From Trichoplax adhaerens (taxonomy: Eukaryota; Animalia; Placozoa): a stretch of 64,000 bases of DNA. The stretch lies in NCBI RefSeq assembly GCF_000150275.1, contig NW_002060947.1, forward strand, positions 356,695 to 420,694, in the 5' to 3' direction. Below are positions 1 to 14,600 of this stretch, piece by piece; positions within the stretch are counted from its first letter, which is position 1, and every line of letters starts with the position of its first letter. Below the pieces are notes generated by a model that saw only the letters and a program-made list of their open reading frames with translations, was not told where the DNA came from and ran no database searches. A program made the translations under genes and the position numbers.

Positions 1-1509
1 CATAATCTTCATTCTAAATGAAGTATTTAATGCTGCTTCGGTTACTTTGCTGATGAACTTTATAATTGCAATTTAGCAATTTTGTATCGCACTGACAAAA
101 ATCTATCTTTTAATTCTCGGTAAACAACTTCACTCTATCTTCTTTCTGCCAAGATAATAGGGCTCATTAGGAATGAGGAACAAATTACTGATGTGTAAAG
201 TAGAAAAGGAGATATTATTATATTTTCTGTATAATTAATTATTAATCCTATTGGAAATATACTCGAGATGTACTGGTATCATCATTTCACTTGAATACAG
301 ATGAACACTACCGTTTTTAAGTGAACGATTAACTCAAAGTATTCGTAAATCCCTTTTATTCAAGTTTACATTTTGAGAAGCTATCGTTGCGGAGTTGGGT
401 AAACAAAACCTAACACTATTCTCCGCCGCTAATGATGCTTAATATATGGTAATATAAGTAATAACATTAAGTATTCAAGAACTTAAGACAAAACGAAATC
501 AAACGCAGTAAAATACTCATTTAGTGAAGTATCCAATTAGATTCTATTAATAAACAGTTTATAAAGTGCAATAAAGTGTATTCAAAATATTAAAACTAGA
601 ACTAGTGTTGCAGGTAAATTTCACTTTATTACGTAAAATTGGCTCACCTAAATCTGTCGAAGACTATCTACCTTCAGTCTACAATTGTCTCGCCTATTTC
701 AAATAAACGTATGAATTATATTAAGTTGGTTATACTATCTGCCATAAATATCACCTAAAAATAGTGAAGATACCAATAAAAACTTATAACCAATGGTATA
801 ACTTGGGCTATTTCATACAATCTTATAATTCTGGCCTTAAGCTAACTCGAGGCTGCATTGCATGAAGTCTAGAATTATATTTTCTATAAACCTCGATTTT
901 ACTTAATATTTAAAAATGCACTTAGTTGTTTTTAATAAGTGCTTGCTTTAAGAAAGCTTTCAATCATCTTAATAGAATTGATTCTTTTAGTTGTTTTCTT
1001 AATTTATGCACTCTTTTTTAAATAACTAATCATCCCTTCTCCAAATCCTGTTTTAGTCGATTTCAGACGCTTAATCCATTAATTGAAAGCAATTTATTTA
1101 CTTTCTACAAAGATCACCGTTAATCTATTGATGAATAAATCAAATCCTTTTCTTACTAACAAGGATACAGTAGCTATTACTCCAGAACACTACAAATAAA
1201 TAGCCCACTGTTACGGTGTTATCTCACCATTTGAATAGATTTACGTAATCTTAGCTAATATGGTAGAACTGATGATAACTTGATGTTGTTGTTTACTAAT
1301 TATTGTCGATATATGACCATATTATGTTAAATGGATTGTTTGACAGTATCGGTAATATGTAATAATGATTACTATGACTTAATAGAATAATCTTATACTA
1401 TCTCTTAATCGTAATCATGTGTAATGAGGTATCGAAGTTGTTCTTGTTATTGTTACTAGTGCAAACTCCCGTCGCTTTACTGACGGTTTACGATAATGTG
1501 CTCATTTAA

Positions 1510-1622
1510 CAGAGATTCAGTAACTTTATACCGTACCGTGTAGACCTGTCAGAGGTTCAGTAACTTTATATCGTGTACTGTGTACAGTACTGTACTGTAC
1601 TGTAATGTACTGTATGCTGTAC
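1510..1622. repeat. 25-bp direct repeat (40-bp period) followed by a (TACTG)n-like microsatellite
   Basis: cagagattcagtaactttataccgt (1510) and cagaggttcagtaactttatatcgt (1550), then gtactgtgtacagtactgtactgtactgtaatgtactgt. A similar tacagta-rich tract lies at 4440-4530. Confidence 0.8.
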
Positions 1623-3377
1623 AAATGCACGGTATATAAGTCGTCTTTACGTAAAATAAAAAGGGCGTTTAAGTTATAAGTTTGCTTAAGGACTTTTATC
1701 TTGCGTTTCCTTGCCACAAGCAATTCCGGTTTGTGACACCCACATATGAGTTTATTGGCAAGTTTATACCAGTACATTTACTCCTGGAATATGGATATCC
1801 ATTTCGCCTTCATGAAATTTACTACGAGGAAGTTACCGAATGATCATCATCCTTAGTCGTAGTTGTTAATTTTAATACTTTTGATCGGTAGAATGATATC
1901 AATCAAAAAGATTACTAGAAAGTCATCGGTAAACATTCTTTAATCTAATTTTCTGTTTAAAAGATACTTGAGCCACTCTAGCGTAACGATTAACTCAAAT
2001 GTTACAGTAAGTAATTCTGGATACTGAAGATATGATAAATGGATGCCTGTATTTTCGAAAAAAGGTCCCGCGTAATTTATTTAGAAACAGACTTCCATTT
2101 AATATTTTTTAACAGGAGCGATTTAGTATAGTAAAAATAGGGGCATCCGATTAATCTTAATGAATGATCAGTTTAAGTCAAAGTAATTCACAAACTCCTT
2201 TGATTGTATACAGATAGGCATCTGTGCATTTGGTTTTTAATAGAGTACGAATGTCGAGAGTTTACTATTGTGAATGATTGTCTTTAAGGGTACTCGAAAA
2301 TATTAAGATTTATGTTCCATAAAATCTTTTTATTGGCTTCAGGCTTTACATTTACGAGTACGTATTAATAATTCTAATTTGTTCTAATGCTGTTAAAGAT
2401 GCCACAATACATAACGATTAATCCACATCAAATAATTAACGAGCATCCGGGTATTAGTTTGTCAACGAGATATAAAATAAATCTTTGAAAGTAAACAGAA
2501 CTGCAGATTAGCTTCGTCTAAAATAAGTCCTTTCTATACGTGAATTACATTTATTGAATCATTCCATCGAGACCATCATGGATGATTGATGTGAATAATT
2601 CCTAATTATTGCACGTACTGTACGACATATTTTAACTTTTATTCATAATTATAATAAAGAATTGATATTTATTTTCGTAATTACTATTACGCTATGACTT
2701 GACAAATATTAATAATGTCCTCTGAAAGAGCTGCTATATTGAATAATTCCTTGGCTTATAAAAGACGCTATAAATGATCTCTAGTCAGAGTACGATTTTG
2801 TAGTATAATAATATAATAGTATAGATGGAAATAATAATATCCATAGTTGACCATCCATAATCTCATTATTTTATCTAAAGGAATACAATGAAAGCTGTGC
2901 TTATAAAGTAGAATTTCGATGCTCTTCATCACTCTTGCATTCTAACAATATCAACATATTTCAGACTGAATACGATTTTCCCCAATCTTTTAACAACTAA
3001 GTTAATTTAAGGCCTACTGCAATGAAAGTACATGTTGCATTTTATTACAAATAATGGACTACACTAATTGTACAAGAAGACTACTAGAAAATTGGACGTG
3101 TGCTTCCTAAATAAAGTCTTTAAGATTCATAGTTGCTGAATTCAATCCAAGGTATTCTTCCATGGTATCAAACATAACAGTCAGTCAAATCATATACTGC
3201 AGGCAATAAAAGTCAGACAATATCTTGACCTTTACTGCGCAAAGTTTGAGTACATACTAAGTTGTTGTTTGTAACAATGCATGAAAGTACAATTAATTAA
3301 TTGTCAAATACTTTTTAGTTTTTACTATTTTATAGTATAATCTATAGTAGTAAAGGCTGTAGTGTACTTTTATAATT

Positions 3378-4194
3378 TTATTTACAGTTGTCACGCAAGT
3401 CTTTCAACTCTTGAAAAAATTTAATTTTATCCTTTGCTGTTGGAAATGAAGCTGTTCGTGGTGAAGTTGATGGCATGACATAAATGTTGCAAGTTAGTGT
3501 CTTTCCCAAGACCGTTACATTATCTGGTTGCAATCCGTAGTTGCATTTCGATCCGGAAAAGATTTCATAAATACCTACAGTATAGTGATTCAATTAATTA
3601 TTGGATGGACCGAGCTAACGTAAGAACGAGGTCTCTTTAGCGGCATACTGGATATAATTTCGAGATAAACTAACCTTTACCATTAAAACATACAATTCGG
3701 GGTTTAAATGCTATAATCTTGTTTAATAAACCATCGATTCCATCTTTAATTTCTGTTCGGGATAAGTCAGCGTAGCTAGGTGTCGTTCTGTCAACTATAT
3801 TAGTAAATCCAATGCCAAATTGGAGGCAATCAGCATCATTATCGCAAGTCAGCTTTTGGTTGATTAGTCCAGATTCAGAAAGGCAGGGCCAAAAATGATT
3901 CCTAGGATTGCCATAGTGGTGTCCGTAGGCTGCGGACCAAACACCAGGATTGATACCTACAAATAGTAGGTCTAGATTTTGTGCTAGATAATCCGGCAAT
4001 TTTAGCTTTAACACATCATCCAATGGCATACCAGCTACTGTACGAGAACGCTGCGTTTTCTTCTTCGCTTTGACAATAGCCAAGTTGGTGTTACCTTTCC
4101 GAGAAGTTGACTTTCCTTCGCCATCACTACTACATTTAGTCTTTGACGGGAGAAAGTATGGACTAACAACGACACCTTGACTCTTCTTGCCCAT
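3378..4194 (-). CDS. TDG: G:T/U mismatch-specific DNA glycosylase (TDG/MUG, UDG family 2), 2 exons (4194-3675, 3574-3378), ~238 aa
   Basis: Family motifs LPDYL..NLDLLFVGINPG, GHHY..PRNHFW, GIGFTNIV.RTT, KPRIVCFNGKG|IYEIF and YVMPSTSPR are present. A 100-nt phase-1 GT..AG intron joins the two ORFs in frame. Confidence 0.93.
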
Positions 4195-7100
4195 CCAAAT
4201 CCAACGATCGAGAAGCGAAACTTCAGCCCAGTCTTTGTGCCAGTGATCTTCGCATGAAGAAGAAATAAAGCAAATTAAACAGCCATTATCCTACAATGAT
4301 GTATGGAGATTATTCTATTATAGTAGCGTAAAGGAAAACGTTCGATAAGCTACCTCAATACAAGATTAATTCAAAGAAACTAGTTCACACTTTAACCAGC
4401 CATTTTGAATCCCGGATTCAACAAGCAAAACGCCTGCATGGCTGTACTGTACCTACAGTACTTTACCGTACAGTATCATGGACCACAGGTGACTGTACCC
4501 TTTACAGTGGATAGTTCTGTACAGTACTTTGCATCAGGCCATGTCCGGCTGTCTGTATATCAAAAGAGGTAGAAAGAAAAATCTCTATAATATGTCGTTG
4601 TCATCGTTATGTCTGTTTGCCTGCAAAGATGTCATAAAAATACTACCGTACGGGATATATTCTAATATTTATATGATTAATGGTGGTCAAGTAGTATGAT
4701 GACTAATTGTACAGAAAGCTTATAGTATAAGTATGCTTATATTCTTGTTGAGGCAGAGCTTGTAGAATGTTTTAAAAAGTACTTTTTACTCTACTGGTAG
4801 TTCTTGGTAAAAGGAGTGGGATAACCAACGACTCTTTGTTTGTTGCTAAAACTGATCAAACTTGACTATTTTTCTTTTTTATACAGGTCTTTTTACTCTG
4901 CTAGAAGACTGGAATTATGCAGCTGCATACTGATATATTAATACCTTTTAAGCCATTAATGTATTAGTATTGTGTATTTGTAATAACTGCTAATATAGGA
5001 TTTTTATAAAAGGAAAGACTACTAATACACAAAATCATAAACCCAAACTTGATTGCAAAATCAGCCAATTTACTATAATCTTACATTTACACAAATAGTA
5101 ATGATAAGTATACAGATAATATTACAAAAATTGTATAATTATCTATAAAGAAATATGCAAAAATTTAGAGGTAAATAATTTAAATTATAATATTTACGGT
5201 GGTATACGTATATCACTACTGCAACGCTTGCTGTATCATCTACTGATATCACATATTTCACACTACGGCAAAGACATATCGCTTTGATGATTACTTTGGT
5301 GTAGATAGTTTCTCATTGCTCTTAACAATTAAAATCATATAAAGTCAAGAATGGATATCAGTAAGTAACGAAATTGCCAATTATAGGATTCAAGTTGTTA
5401 ATAATTATTTCATTTTTTTCCACTGCTTGCCCTATCATTAAACCAATCTGCAACCCAGTCTCATTTGAGATACAGGCAATCTATGTTGAAATCCTGTCAA
5501 TAAATTTATATTTATTAAGCAGCCTGTATTCTGTTACTTCGGTGCTATACATTACTACCCCTTATAATCATCCATTTTGCTGGTATGGATACTTGATTGG
5601 CTGATAGCGCTCATTAATAGATGAGGTATGCTAGATGTATACTACAATTTATGCACTAAGATCAACTTTGATGGCAAATCCAGTTCCATTTTTTGCTACA
5701 TTTGTTGCAATGGAATCAGTTTGCTATCTTGTTATTCAGGATAGTTTCAGAATTATTATCGCAATATGATTACAAAATTGCAGCTTCAACCAAAAAAAAT
5801 TGCCATACGTACTGATCTAACCACTAAGACAAAACCGCATATCAATATAAAACAAGGACTATTTTCATATTATTTTACGAAAGCATGATAGCAGATCATG
5901 CTATAATACCCTTTCTTAAGCGAAATAGCTTTGATACCTATTTCGTAGTACTAAACATTTTAGCACTTCGCTTAGAATTGTAATTAGCTAACGCGAACAT
6001 GTTTCATATTTAAGAATAAATATTAAACTAGAGATCTAACCAAATATATTGTAAAGACTTACAGGTACGGTGTAGGTTATAAGGAAATAAGATATCGTTA
6101 TGGGATTGATTTATTCCAAAAAGAAGGTCAGTCAGTAAGGTGAAATGAAGAAGAAGCATAAGCATCAGCAACGATTTTTTCTAAATAAATAACTTAGACC
6201 TTAAATTTATTAAAATTTGCAGCTTCAAGTTCGAGTGAGCTATTTCCATTTTTGTTTGCGGCAATGACGTAATAGAAATAATATCGAAGAACTAATGATC
6301 TCTTTTCTTCACATTTCTTTAATGCCTCAACCATTCTATAATAGGAAATAATCGTGGATATTGAATTATCTTTTCTCATTTAATGATAAAAATTAGGTCG
6401 TATATTCTTCTAGCCGATCAGCTTAAATACACTATCATGCGTAGTAACATTAGCTATTTCGATTAAAGTGGTATAGCGTATAAGAACAGCATAAAAATAG
6501 AAAATTTTTGATATTTCCGAATTCTTATTATGATATCGGTTTTGATATCCTTTAAATATAAAACTATTTGTGCGGTCTATTGCTGTATGATACAGTTTGT
6601 GTAGCTACTACGTGCTTACCATTTAAAATTATCTTACGTTGGTTTCAGATTTACATGCGATATAATACACTGGAAAAGTAAACTCAGTCGTAGTCGCTTA
6701 AAATAAAATTTAATTTATTACTGAAGTATTTAAATTGTTTTATCTCTTATCTACGTCTAGTTTCTGTTAGAGGATTTAGCTGTACTTCATGAAGATCTTT
6801 TTAACGTTTCCTATGCTTCCTAGGAATTCAACACAATTATCTAGTTCTAATAGAATTTCAATGTAAATTGACTCATTTCTGATTTGTTAACAAAAAAATT
6901 CGTTTGTGGTATTAAATTAGCACCTATATTTGGCGCTATTGCAACAATAAATGTTAGTATAGCTTATAACTTGATGATGTTAATGTAGTACGTACCATCA
7001 ATAATATTTACCTCCCAACTTCATCATAAGGCAGGGGAACACTTTTATAACAATTTTCGTTATAATATAACCATCTTCCATATAATGTTCTATCCATTGC

Positions 7101-8666
7101 AATATCGAAAAACTGTATTGAAAATTATTTACCGCAAAACATTTCAATTAATACTTATAAGTCTCAACAATAAATTTATAATAAATTAGAATATGATAAG
7201 CGGCATTATATCTGTAAGTTGTGTTTCAGATTTTTTTATGGACGATAGAAGGAAAAACACGGTAAGAAAATTTAGCTTGTATTTAGAAAACAGTCAGATA
7301 TAGCTTAAATTGATTGAGCCGCCTATTTTTAGCTTACCAAACGATTTCATTTATTTATTTTTAGTAAATTCGTAGTAAAAAAAAGGTTGGTGTTAGCCTC
7401 CAGCTATAGTTTGAATGTACTGATGTCTTTCGTTTGCTAGATATTGGTCGAGATTTTGACGTAGATCCTTTAGATGTAGCATACTTAGTCTGCCGTTCGG
7501 TTATAACCTGCGGTAGCTGGATTAAACAGTTATCATAAACGAAGCTGAGAATAATTGAGGTGGTATAAGTTGACTGAGAATAGCACAATTATAGGTTTAG
7601 ACAAGCAGAGTGACGAATCTATGAAAACTAGATCAATGAGATCTTTCTTTAGTAGTCCTTGATGAGACTGTAAGTGATACAAATCTCTGAATGTAGATAT
7701 TAATCAAAGGAAAATAATCAAATAACGTCCTCTTTATCCTACTGAATACTGCATACTTAGAGTGTATTGGCACAATAAACTTTATATTCCGCTATTACGT
7801 AAACTGCAAGACATGAGCTTTCTATTAAAAGCACCCAACAAGAGGGTTATGTTAAGGGACATAAATATGTATTAGCCAACTTTATTATGGTACCGCCTGT
7901 ATACTGTATATGAGCACAACCGTTTCTTCTATACCTTTATGTCACAACCAAGTTTGCAATACAAAGATTGGCGGGATTCTTTCCTCTAAAGTAGTCTTAA
8001 CCATCCAAGCAACTAACTCTAAGGCAAGCTCAGTGATTTTAACTAACTATAGGTTTTAATTTCATTAGTATTGGTTAAAATTAGCACTAGTTTGACAATT
8101 TTTATCCTAGCCTTAGTTGAAAGGATTGATTCATCAAGATTGTAGCATTAAGTAGCTGTAGCTCTTTATAATTTCATTAAGTATGGATCCCTAACCACTA
8201 ATTTCTGATCTTCAATCTCCCTTAATTGTTTTTATTTCAAAGTTTTTGGTTTTTACGACTTTAAAGTTGGCTATCATTGCTTGTATTGTAATCAAGATGT
8301 TATTAAATTCATCATTGGTAATTTAGTAATCACAGTACCATTGGATACCTGATACAACATTTGGGTTAATAAAGAACAACTGATGAAAAGTTAATTTAGC
8401 TATTTAATTTTCATAACAATTAGTCTTTCACGATTATTTAGCCAATCACCAGTCGTCTTTTATTATATTGACCCCGTACATTATTTAAGTTGTTTCGCAA
8501 TTGTTATTCTACTCTAAGAGATGGTACTATAGTTATTAAAAGCTGTTTATTAACAAGTCAATCTTATAATTGACAGCTCCATTTTTCCTGATTACTTCGG
8601 AACTTTCATAATCCATTTGGACATTAATTTACTGAAATACTTATTGGAACAGGAATAGAAATCAAA

Positions 8667-11600
8667 ATGAAGTATATTACTGCTGCTTGTATCCTGCAAT
8701 CTATACTTTGTACCCTAGGTAAAATGTATGCGAACTCATAGATAACACAGAGTAATTCTATTTCAAAAGTCGATCTAAAAGAATTGACGATAACATCTTT
8801 AATAGTTTAAGACATTGTTATTTTACTAGGAAGCCGCCATGCAGTGTTGCTCTACAGCCACATTTCTAAGCAGATTCTAAATTTTAAATCATTGCCATAG
8901 CTCTTTGTAAGAGATATTAAATAGCAAGATAAGCTTATATAGGCAGTTTACTAAATCGATGATTTTGTAGTATGGCGCGCTTAATAGAAAACTTTAGAGA
9001 ACTGAACGGTACCATACCTGTTGCTTTTAGTGAAGATCAAGAAAGAACACGGAGACACACAGATCATTGCATTTAATAACATCGTAAATCTAGCTGCACA
9101 ATCTTTAGTATAATTTATGTATTCATTAAATACTAACAGGCCTTTTATTGCCACCGGTTTTCAGTAATATAAAGCCAAGTTTTTAGAATAATTTTTTGAT
9201 ATCTAATCTATTTGATAGTTTTTTATCAAAAATCCAATTGTTATGATCGATCTAAAATATATAATGATAATAGTATATTAATCTATCCCTTGGAATCCTC
9301 ATGACTTGATCAGCTACTATAATATTCTTATTTTTAAAGTTGTTAACACTGCTTCAGTTGATCTAAGTTACCTTAAATTTATAAAATTAAATCCCAGTCT
9401 ATTTCTCTCTATAACAGTTTATACTCAGTGCCCGACTCCTTGCAAATGTCCTGATTCCAAAACAATCGACTGTTCATCCACTAACAGTATACCGCGCCCA
9501 CCTACGAAGCTTACTCAGTATACCAATTTGTAAGTTTATTTTATGTTCAAATTATTAACTGGAAAACGATCTCCATTCGATACTATTATTGATAGTATTC
9601 CGACTAAAAATTAATCATACTGTCACAAAACAGCTTTGCAACAAGATAACGCAATATACGATCAATAAGTCAATTCCTTGAACCACGTATCAAGGAACGA
9701 TATCTGCACTATCACGAACACTTTTGCTCTACTAGCAGACTACACAAAGACTTAAACGCCTCGTATTTTACGTTAAACACTAAGTTGGAGAATTCACTTT
9801 ATTGCACGATATACTGCATTTATATACTACTTCTCAATAGTTCATGAGTCATAGTTAATACAATTAACCTCGGAATCATTTACTGAATTAGATATTAATT
9901 TTAGCTGCTGCTCCCTTAATGCAGACAACAGTATTTACAAACATAGACATGTAATGACTAATACAGAATAGTCAGATTACGATATGTCCTATCACGGAAT
10001 ATTTCCATGATAATTTACAGTCTACCATAAGTAAATTACAATCACAATGATTCAAACTGTAAGTAGATGATTTGCATTCCCCATTATAACTATTAATTTC
10101 AGTATGTGTATAAGTGTCACTGTCATAAAAAGTCAGTGCTATATTAAAACACAGTATATCCAAATTAGAAGTTAACTAAATAAGGATAGTCTAATAGAAT
10201 TATCCTAACATAGTTATTTCTACTGCAACACAGTATTCAACACTGTAACACATACGTATGTAAGTTCTAATTTTGATACAAAATCTTGATAGATATACAG
10301 TACAAAGATCACAGTATAGTCATTGAAGATGACAGTAGAGAATATTTATAACTCTTCTACTCGGATTTACTGTTGTCGATAAACGTAACTTATTTAATCG
10401 AGAAAAACCAATGAAAATAGTTTTATAAGCACTATTTATATCTGGACTATTTTTAAGCAATCTTTTAAATTTTATGAAGAAATTTCTGATTAAAATATAT
10501 TCGTTCTTTGCCAAGATTGTTTTTGCTATGAAACCTCTTAATAATAATAACTTAAATTCGAGGTCGTTTATTTATATCATACCAACTTTGGATTGGAAAG
10601 TCATCATTCGTTGTAATTTAATTCTATTGACGATATATATTGCAAAATGTAGCCTTTCAATAAATTAATTGCCGCTAAACTGGATTTAATCGGTTTACTT
10701 TGATAGCATAATGAGAGGGACTCAATTATCCAATATTCCTTATAATGCTTTTGAAAACTATCCTTCCTTACTTCATATGTAAGACATCCGTTCACTATTT
10801 AATCAGATAAAGTATTAATATAATTAAATTTCAAATTATTGTATTTATGATAGTTTAAATAATCATTAATAATTAATCGAACGAATGCGATAATAATATT
10901 TTAATCAGCCAATCTAATTTCAATTTGGGATTACTCTTATGCCTTAAAGTTATAGTTGGTATAATCTAATATTCAATAAATTGATATAAAAGTAGATTAG
11001 CTTAACACCATCTGTAAATAAAGGCATCATCGTAAGTGTGCAGATTCTTTCTAGCAAAGTTTTAACATCAAAACTATATAATCAAAAATTATAGAGATAT
11101 GAAGCAAAATCAAATCAGAAGTGTATCCTCTCAAGCCTTTGATAAAATCCTCTTTCTATCTTCGCTGTAACTATTTTACAATTAATTCATGTAAAGTGGT
11201 TTTATGAATTTGATTCTAGAGTACTTAATATGCCGATATAAGATTCTTAAAATGCCAACAATAACATTAGATTATATAGTTTTACAGTACTAAATCCATA
11301 TACTAACGCTATGACGATTTATGACTGTTTTTTTGATATTATTCTTAAGTGATCTGTCTAATAACAAGTTAACAGCCATGCCCGGTAATTTGTTTGTCAG
11401 AATAAGTACATTAGCAGAACTGTAAGTACTTTGAACTAAAATATCGATCAATTTCGTTGTTTATTTTTATTACAGTTAGACATTTTACGAAACTTGCTAT
11501 GATTTGTATATTGTATAAGGGTAAGCTGCAAGTCATAACTGTGCAATTAACAATTCTTTAGATTCTTGAGCAATAACAACATTCAAACAATCGATAGTAA

Positions 11601-14600
11601 CGCTTTTAAGAGTTTAGATTCCTTAAAAATACTGTAAGTAAGCTGTAGCTTTCCTTCACTACATTAACTTAAGAAAATGTAAAACTGATTGAATTTACAT
11701 ATCTTTCTTCAGAAAGCTTGATAATAACGCCATCACTAAAATCCCATACAATACCTTGAAGAATCTAAAGCAGATCTCAACATTGTAAGTAGATATTTCG
11801 AGAAGAGTTTTTGTTAGCAATGATACTTCAACTTTATAAATCTCCACAACAAATTATATTGTGTCCCAATGCAATTATAATTATAAATTTAATTTAAGAA
11901 CTGGACGAAATAAATTTTTCTAAACCATAATATCTGTTATTATTGAAAAAATGTGCATATAGGAATTTGAAAAACAACTCTTTTTCTAAAATTGAAAGCA
12001 ACAACTTCAATTTACCAACATTAAGTATATTGTATGTGATAAATTGTATATTTGGAGAATTCTTCAATGGAAAATTTTATTTGCAAAACTATCAGTCAAC
12101 TTTGTGAAAATAGATTTGAAAATTTTGTACCTACTGATTAATTAGATGAAAATGAAAGCTGATATAGGAACTACTTCATTTGCAGGTATCTTAATTTTAA
12201 TAAAATTAATCAAATTCCGGACAGCGCATTTACTGGAGCTATTAATTTAAAAATCCTGTAAGAATAATCTATATCAATTTTATTTGACCGATGCATTCGT
12301 AATTATCGTATAAACTTAATTTATACGCTTAATAAAGTATAGGTGCTGTATTTATTCCTAATAATTTCGATTGTTACAAAAGCCTGAAAAAGATTTTTTA
12401 TAAGCAACGTAAAATTTAAATCGCTCAAACAGTGCATTTAATAATAATTACTATTGATCTTTACGTCTCTTACGAAGGGATTTACAATCAAATCGTATTG
12501 CAGCCATTAGCAAGAATTTATTGCAGCCTGCTAACTTATTAAAATTGATGTAAGTCAAACTGGATGTGTTAGGTAATAATCTGCAGATATAAATGGCGTG
12601 TACTGTTACCATGTACTATATATTTGGGGCTGATAAGGATACGGAATTAACTCAAAGAATTGACATAGGGCTTATCATACCATCCCTTATACTTTAACAA
12701 TTTGCAATAGCGTATGATACTCAGTGACAATATAAATTAAATTTTAACTTTTTCAGCTCGCTAAACAGAAATCGTATCACTAACATTGAAGATGGCTCTT
12801 TTAATTCCAATCTTATGCTGGAACACATGTTAGTATCTTCAGGTTTCTTCTAATAGAAATAGAATTTTTATTTACTATATACCTTATGAAACTGTGCATA
12901 TTAAAGTATGCCATTCTTGCTCTAATGGATATCTTCTATTGCTTTAATGCCATAATACCACTTAATTTGGTCACTATAGTGATTTAAATGGGAATATGTT
13001 GACCAAAATCTCCAAGAAAACTTTTGGATCTTTATCGAAGCTTGTAGAACTGTAAGAATATAACTAAAAGCTTTAAATAGTTACCGTATATTGGCTAAAA
13101 GAATTCAAATAATATTAAACTCTAACCATTCAACTATTTTTAATTTGAGCATATTGCTATATCAAATTAAACGAATCAACAGTATACTCGTATCGATACC
13201 GGTAGTCACTTATCAATCAGTCAGGAAATCGTAAGCCACTTAGCTAGAAATTAAATAGATTTTGACTATCATTTCCAAATCATAAGTTACCTAGAAAAGA
13301 ATCAAATCCATTCCATCGCCGATAACGCATTTCAGTCATTGACTGCATTGCAAACACTGTAAGTTTTTTTATTTGTTTTCAGTAGCATACACGATATCTC
13401 AAGAGGCGCTGTGTTGCCGTTAAGTCACTTTCGTCTACACTCAAAGATTGCTTCAGTAGTTACCGAAATTCTTTTCAATTTTTGCAATGATTATACTCAT
13501 AGCCCAAATAATCGCATGTTCCTTTTAGCGACTTGGGGTATAATGCAATTAGCAGCATCTCAGCCAAAACATTCGCCAATTTGAAGCAACTACAGGTTCT
13601 GTAAGTAGGTTTCATTGTCTATGCTTTCGCTAGTTTGAGATCATTTTACAGCGGCTAATAATTGATTTGACGTCATTTTATTGCATAAAAGAAATGTTGC
13701 TAGATTTAAAAGTATTCTCTTTCAGAATGTTGACCTCAAATTGCGTTACAAGTATCACTGACAGCGCCTTTAAAGATTTAATGAGCCTGAAGACCTTGTA
13801 ATAGTTTTAAAATTGCAGCATACTTTATTAGAATAATTGTGTCACATTTGATTTTAAAACTCTCATATACATTAAATTTTATCCCATTATGTGTTAGCAT
13901 TTTCCTCCTTATATCTCAGTTTATGATGTAAATTAAATCTGATAGGCTGCTGTCTTCTAATCGCCTTACTGTTATTAAGGACAATACACTTAAAGGCTTG
14001 AATAATCTCGTCTTCATGTAAGGTTTACTTTTTCATTACCGAAACTATAAAATTACCTAATGTCTAAAATAATTCCAAGTAACTACGCGAACTTAATTTT
14101 AGTACAGCTAACTGATCAATTTGTGTAATGGTTTTATTTAGAAATCTATTTAATAACTATTTAGCCTGTACTTCATCTAAGGCGTTTACCAGTGCTACTA
14201 AGCTGCAAACTCTGTAAGCTTCATTTATAACGAGAAAAAATGATTTAGTACAATTGTAAAAGTAATGATTCGGTAAATTATTTAACATGCAGACATAGCA
14301 ACTTTTCTAAAGCCTGCTGTGGCATTCCAGCATCCGTTACTTGCATGCCACGCGTGCCTGCCAATTGTGCGGGAAATTCTGGGACTACATGTTTAAATGT
14401 TATGGCAACTCCACCGCCAGCATCTGGAATGTGCAGTAGGAGGTAATATAAAATTTAAAATAGCTTCCATAACTTAATTAATTAATAAACTTCATACTTT
14501 AAGTCTGCTAACGTCATAACTATAAACTTCAAGTGCGGCGTAAATGGCAGTCAGTAATATCATATCAGAAGGCACACTTAGAACATTCGACATCATAATC

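Noticed and set aside
5400-5500. Minus-strand peptide ISNETGLQIGLMIGQAVEK, vaguely like the ODR-4 N-terminus
   Set aside because: Bounded by stops, no continuing exons, and no room for a full gene before TDG.
6194-6379. ORF containing ANKNGNSSLELEAAN (ankyrin-like), with similar GNT/GNS fragments at ~56250-56430
   Set aside because: Too short and degenerate, with no coherent multi-exon model; could be chance in AT-rich DNA.
9967-10058. LRR-like AG..GTAAGT segment in intron 2 of LRR gene 1
   Set aside because: In-frame stops in the required phase; the true first LRR exon is 10707-10778.
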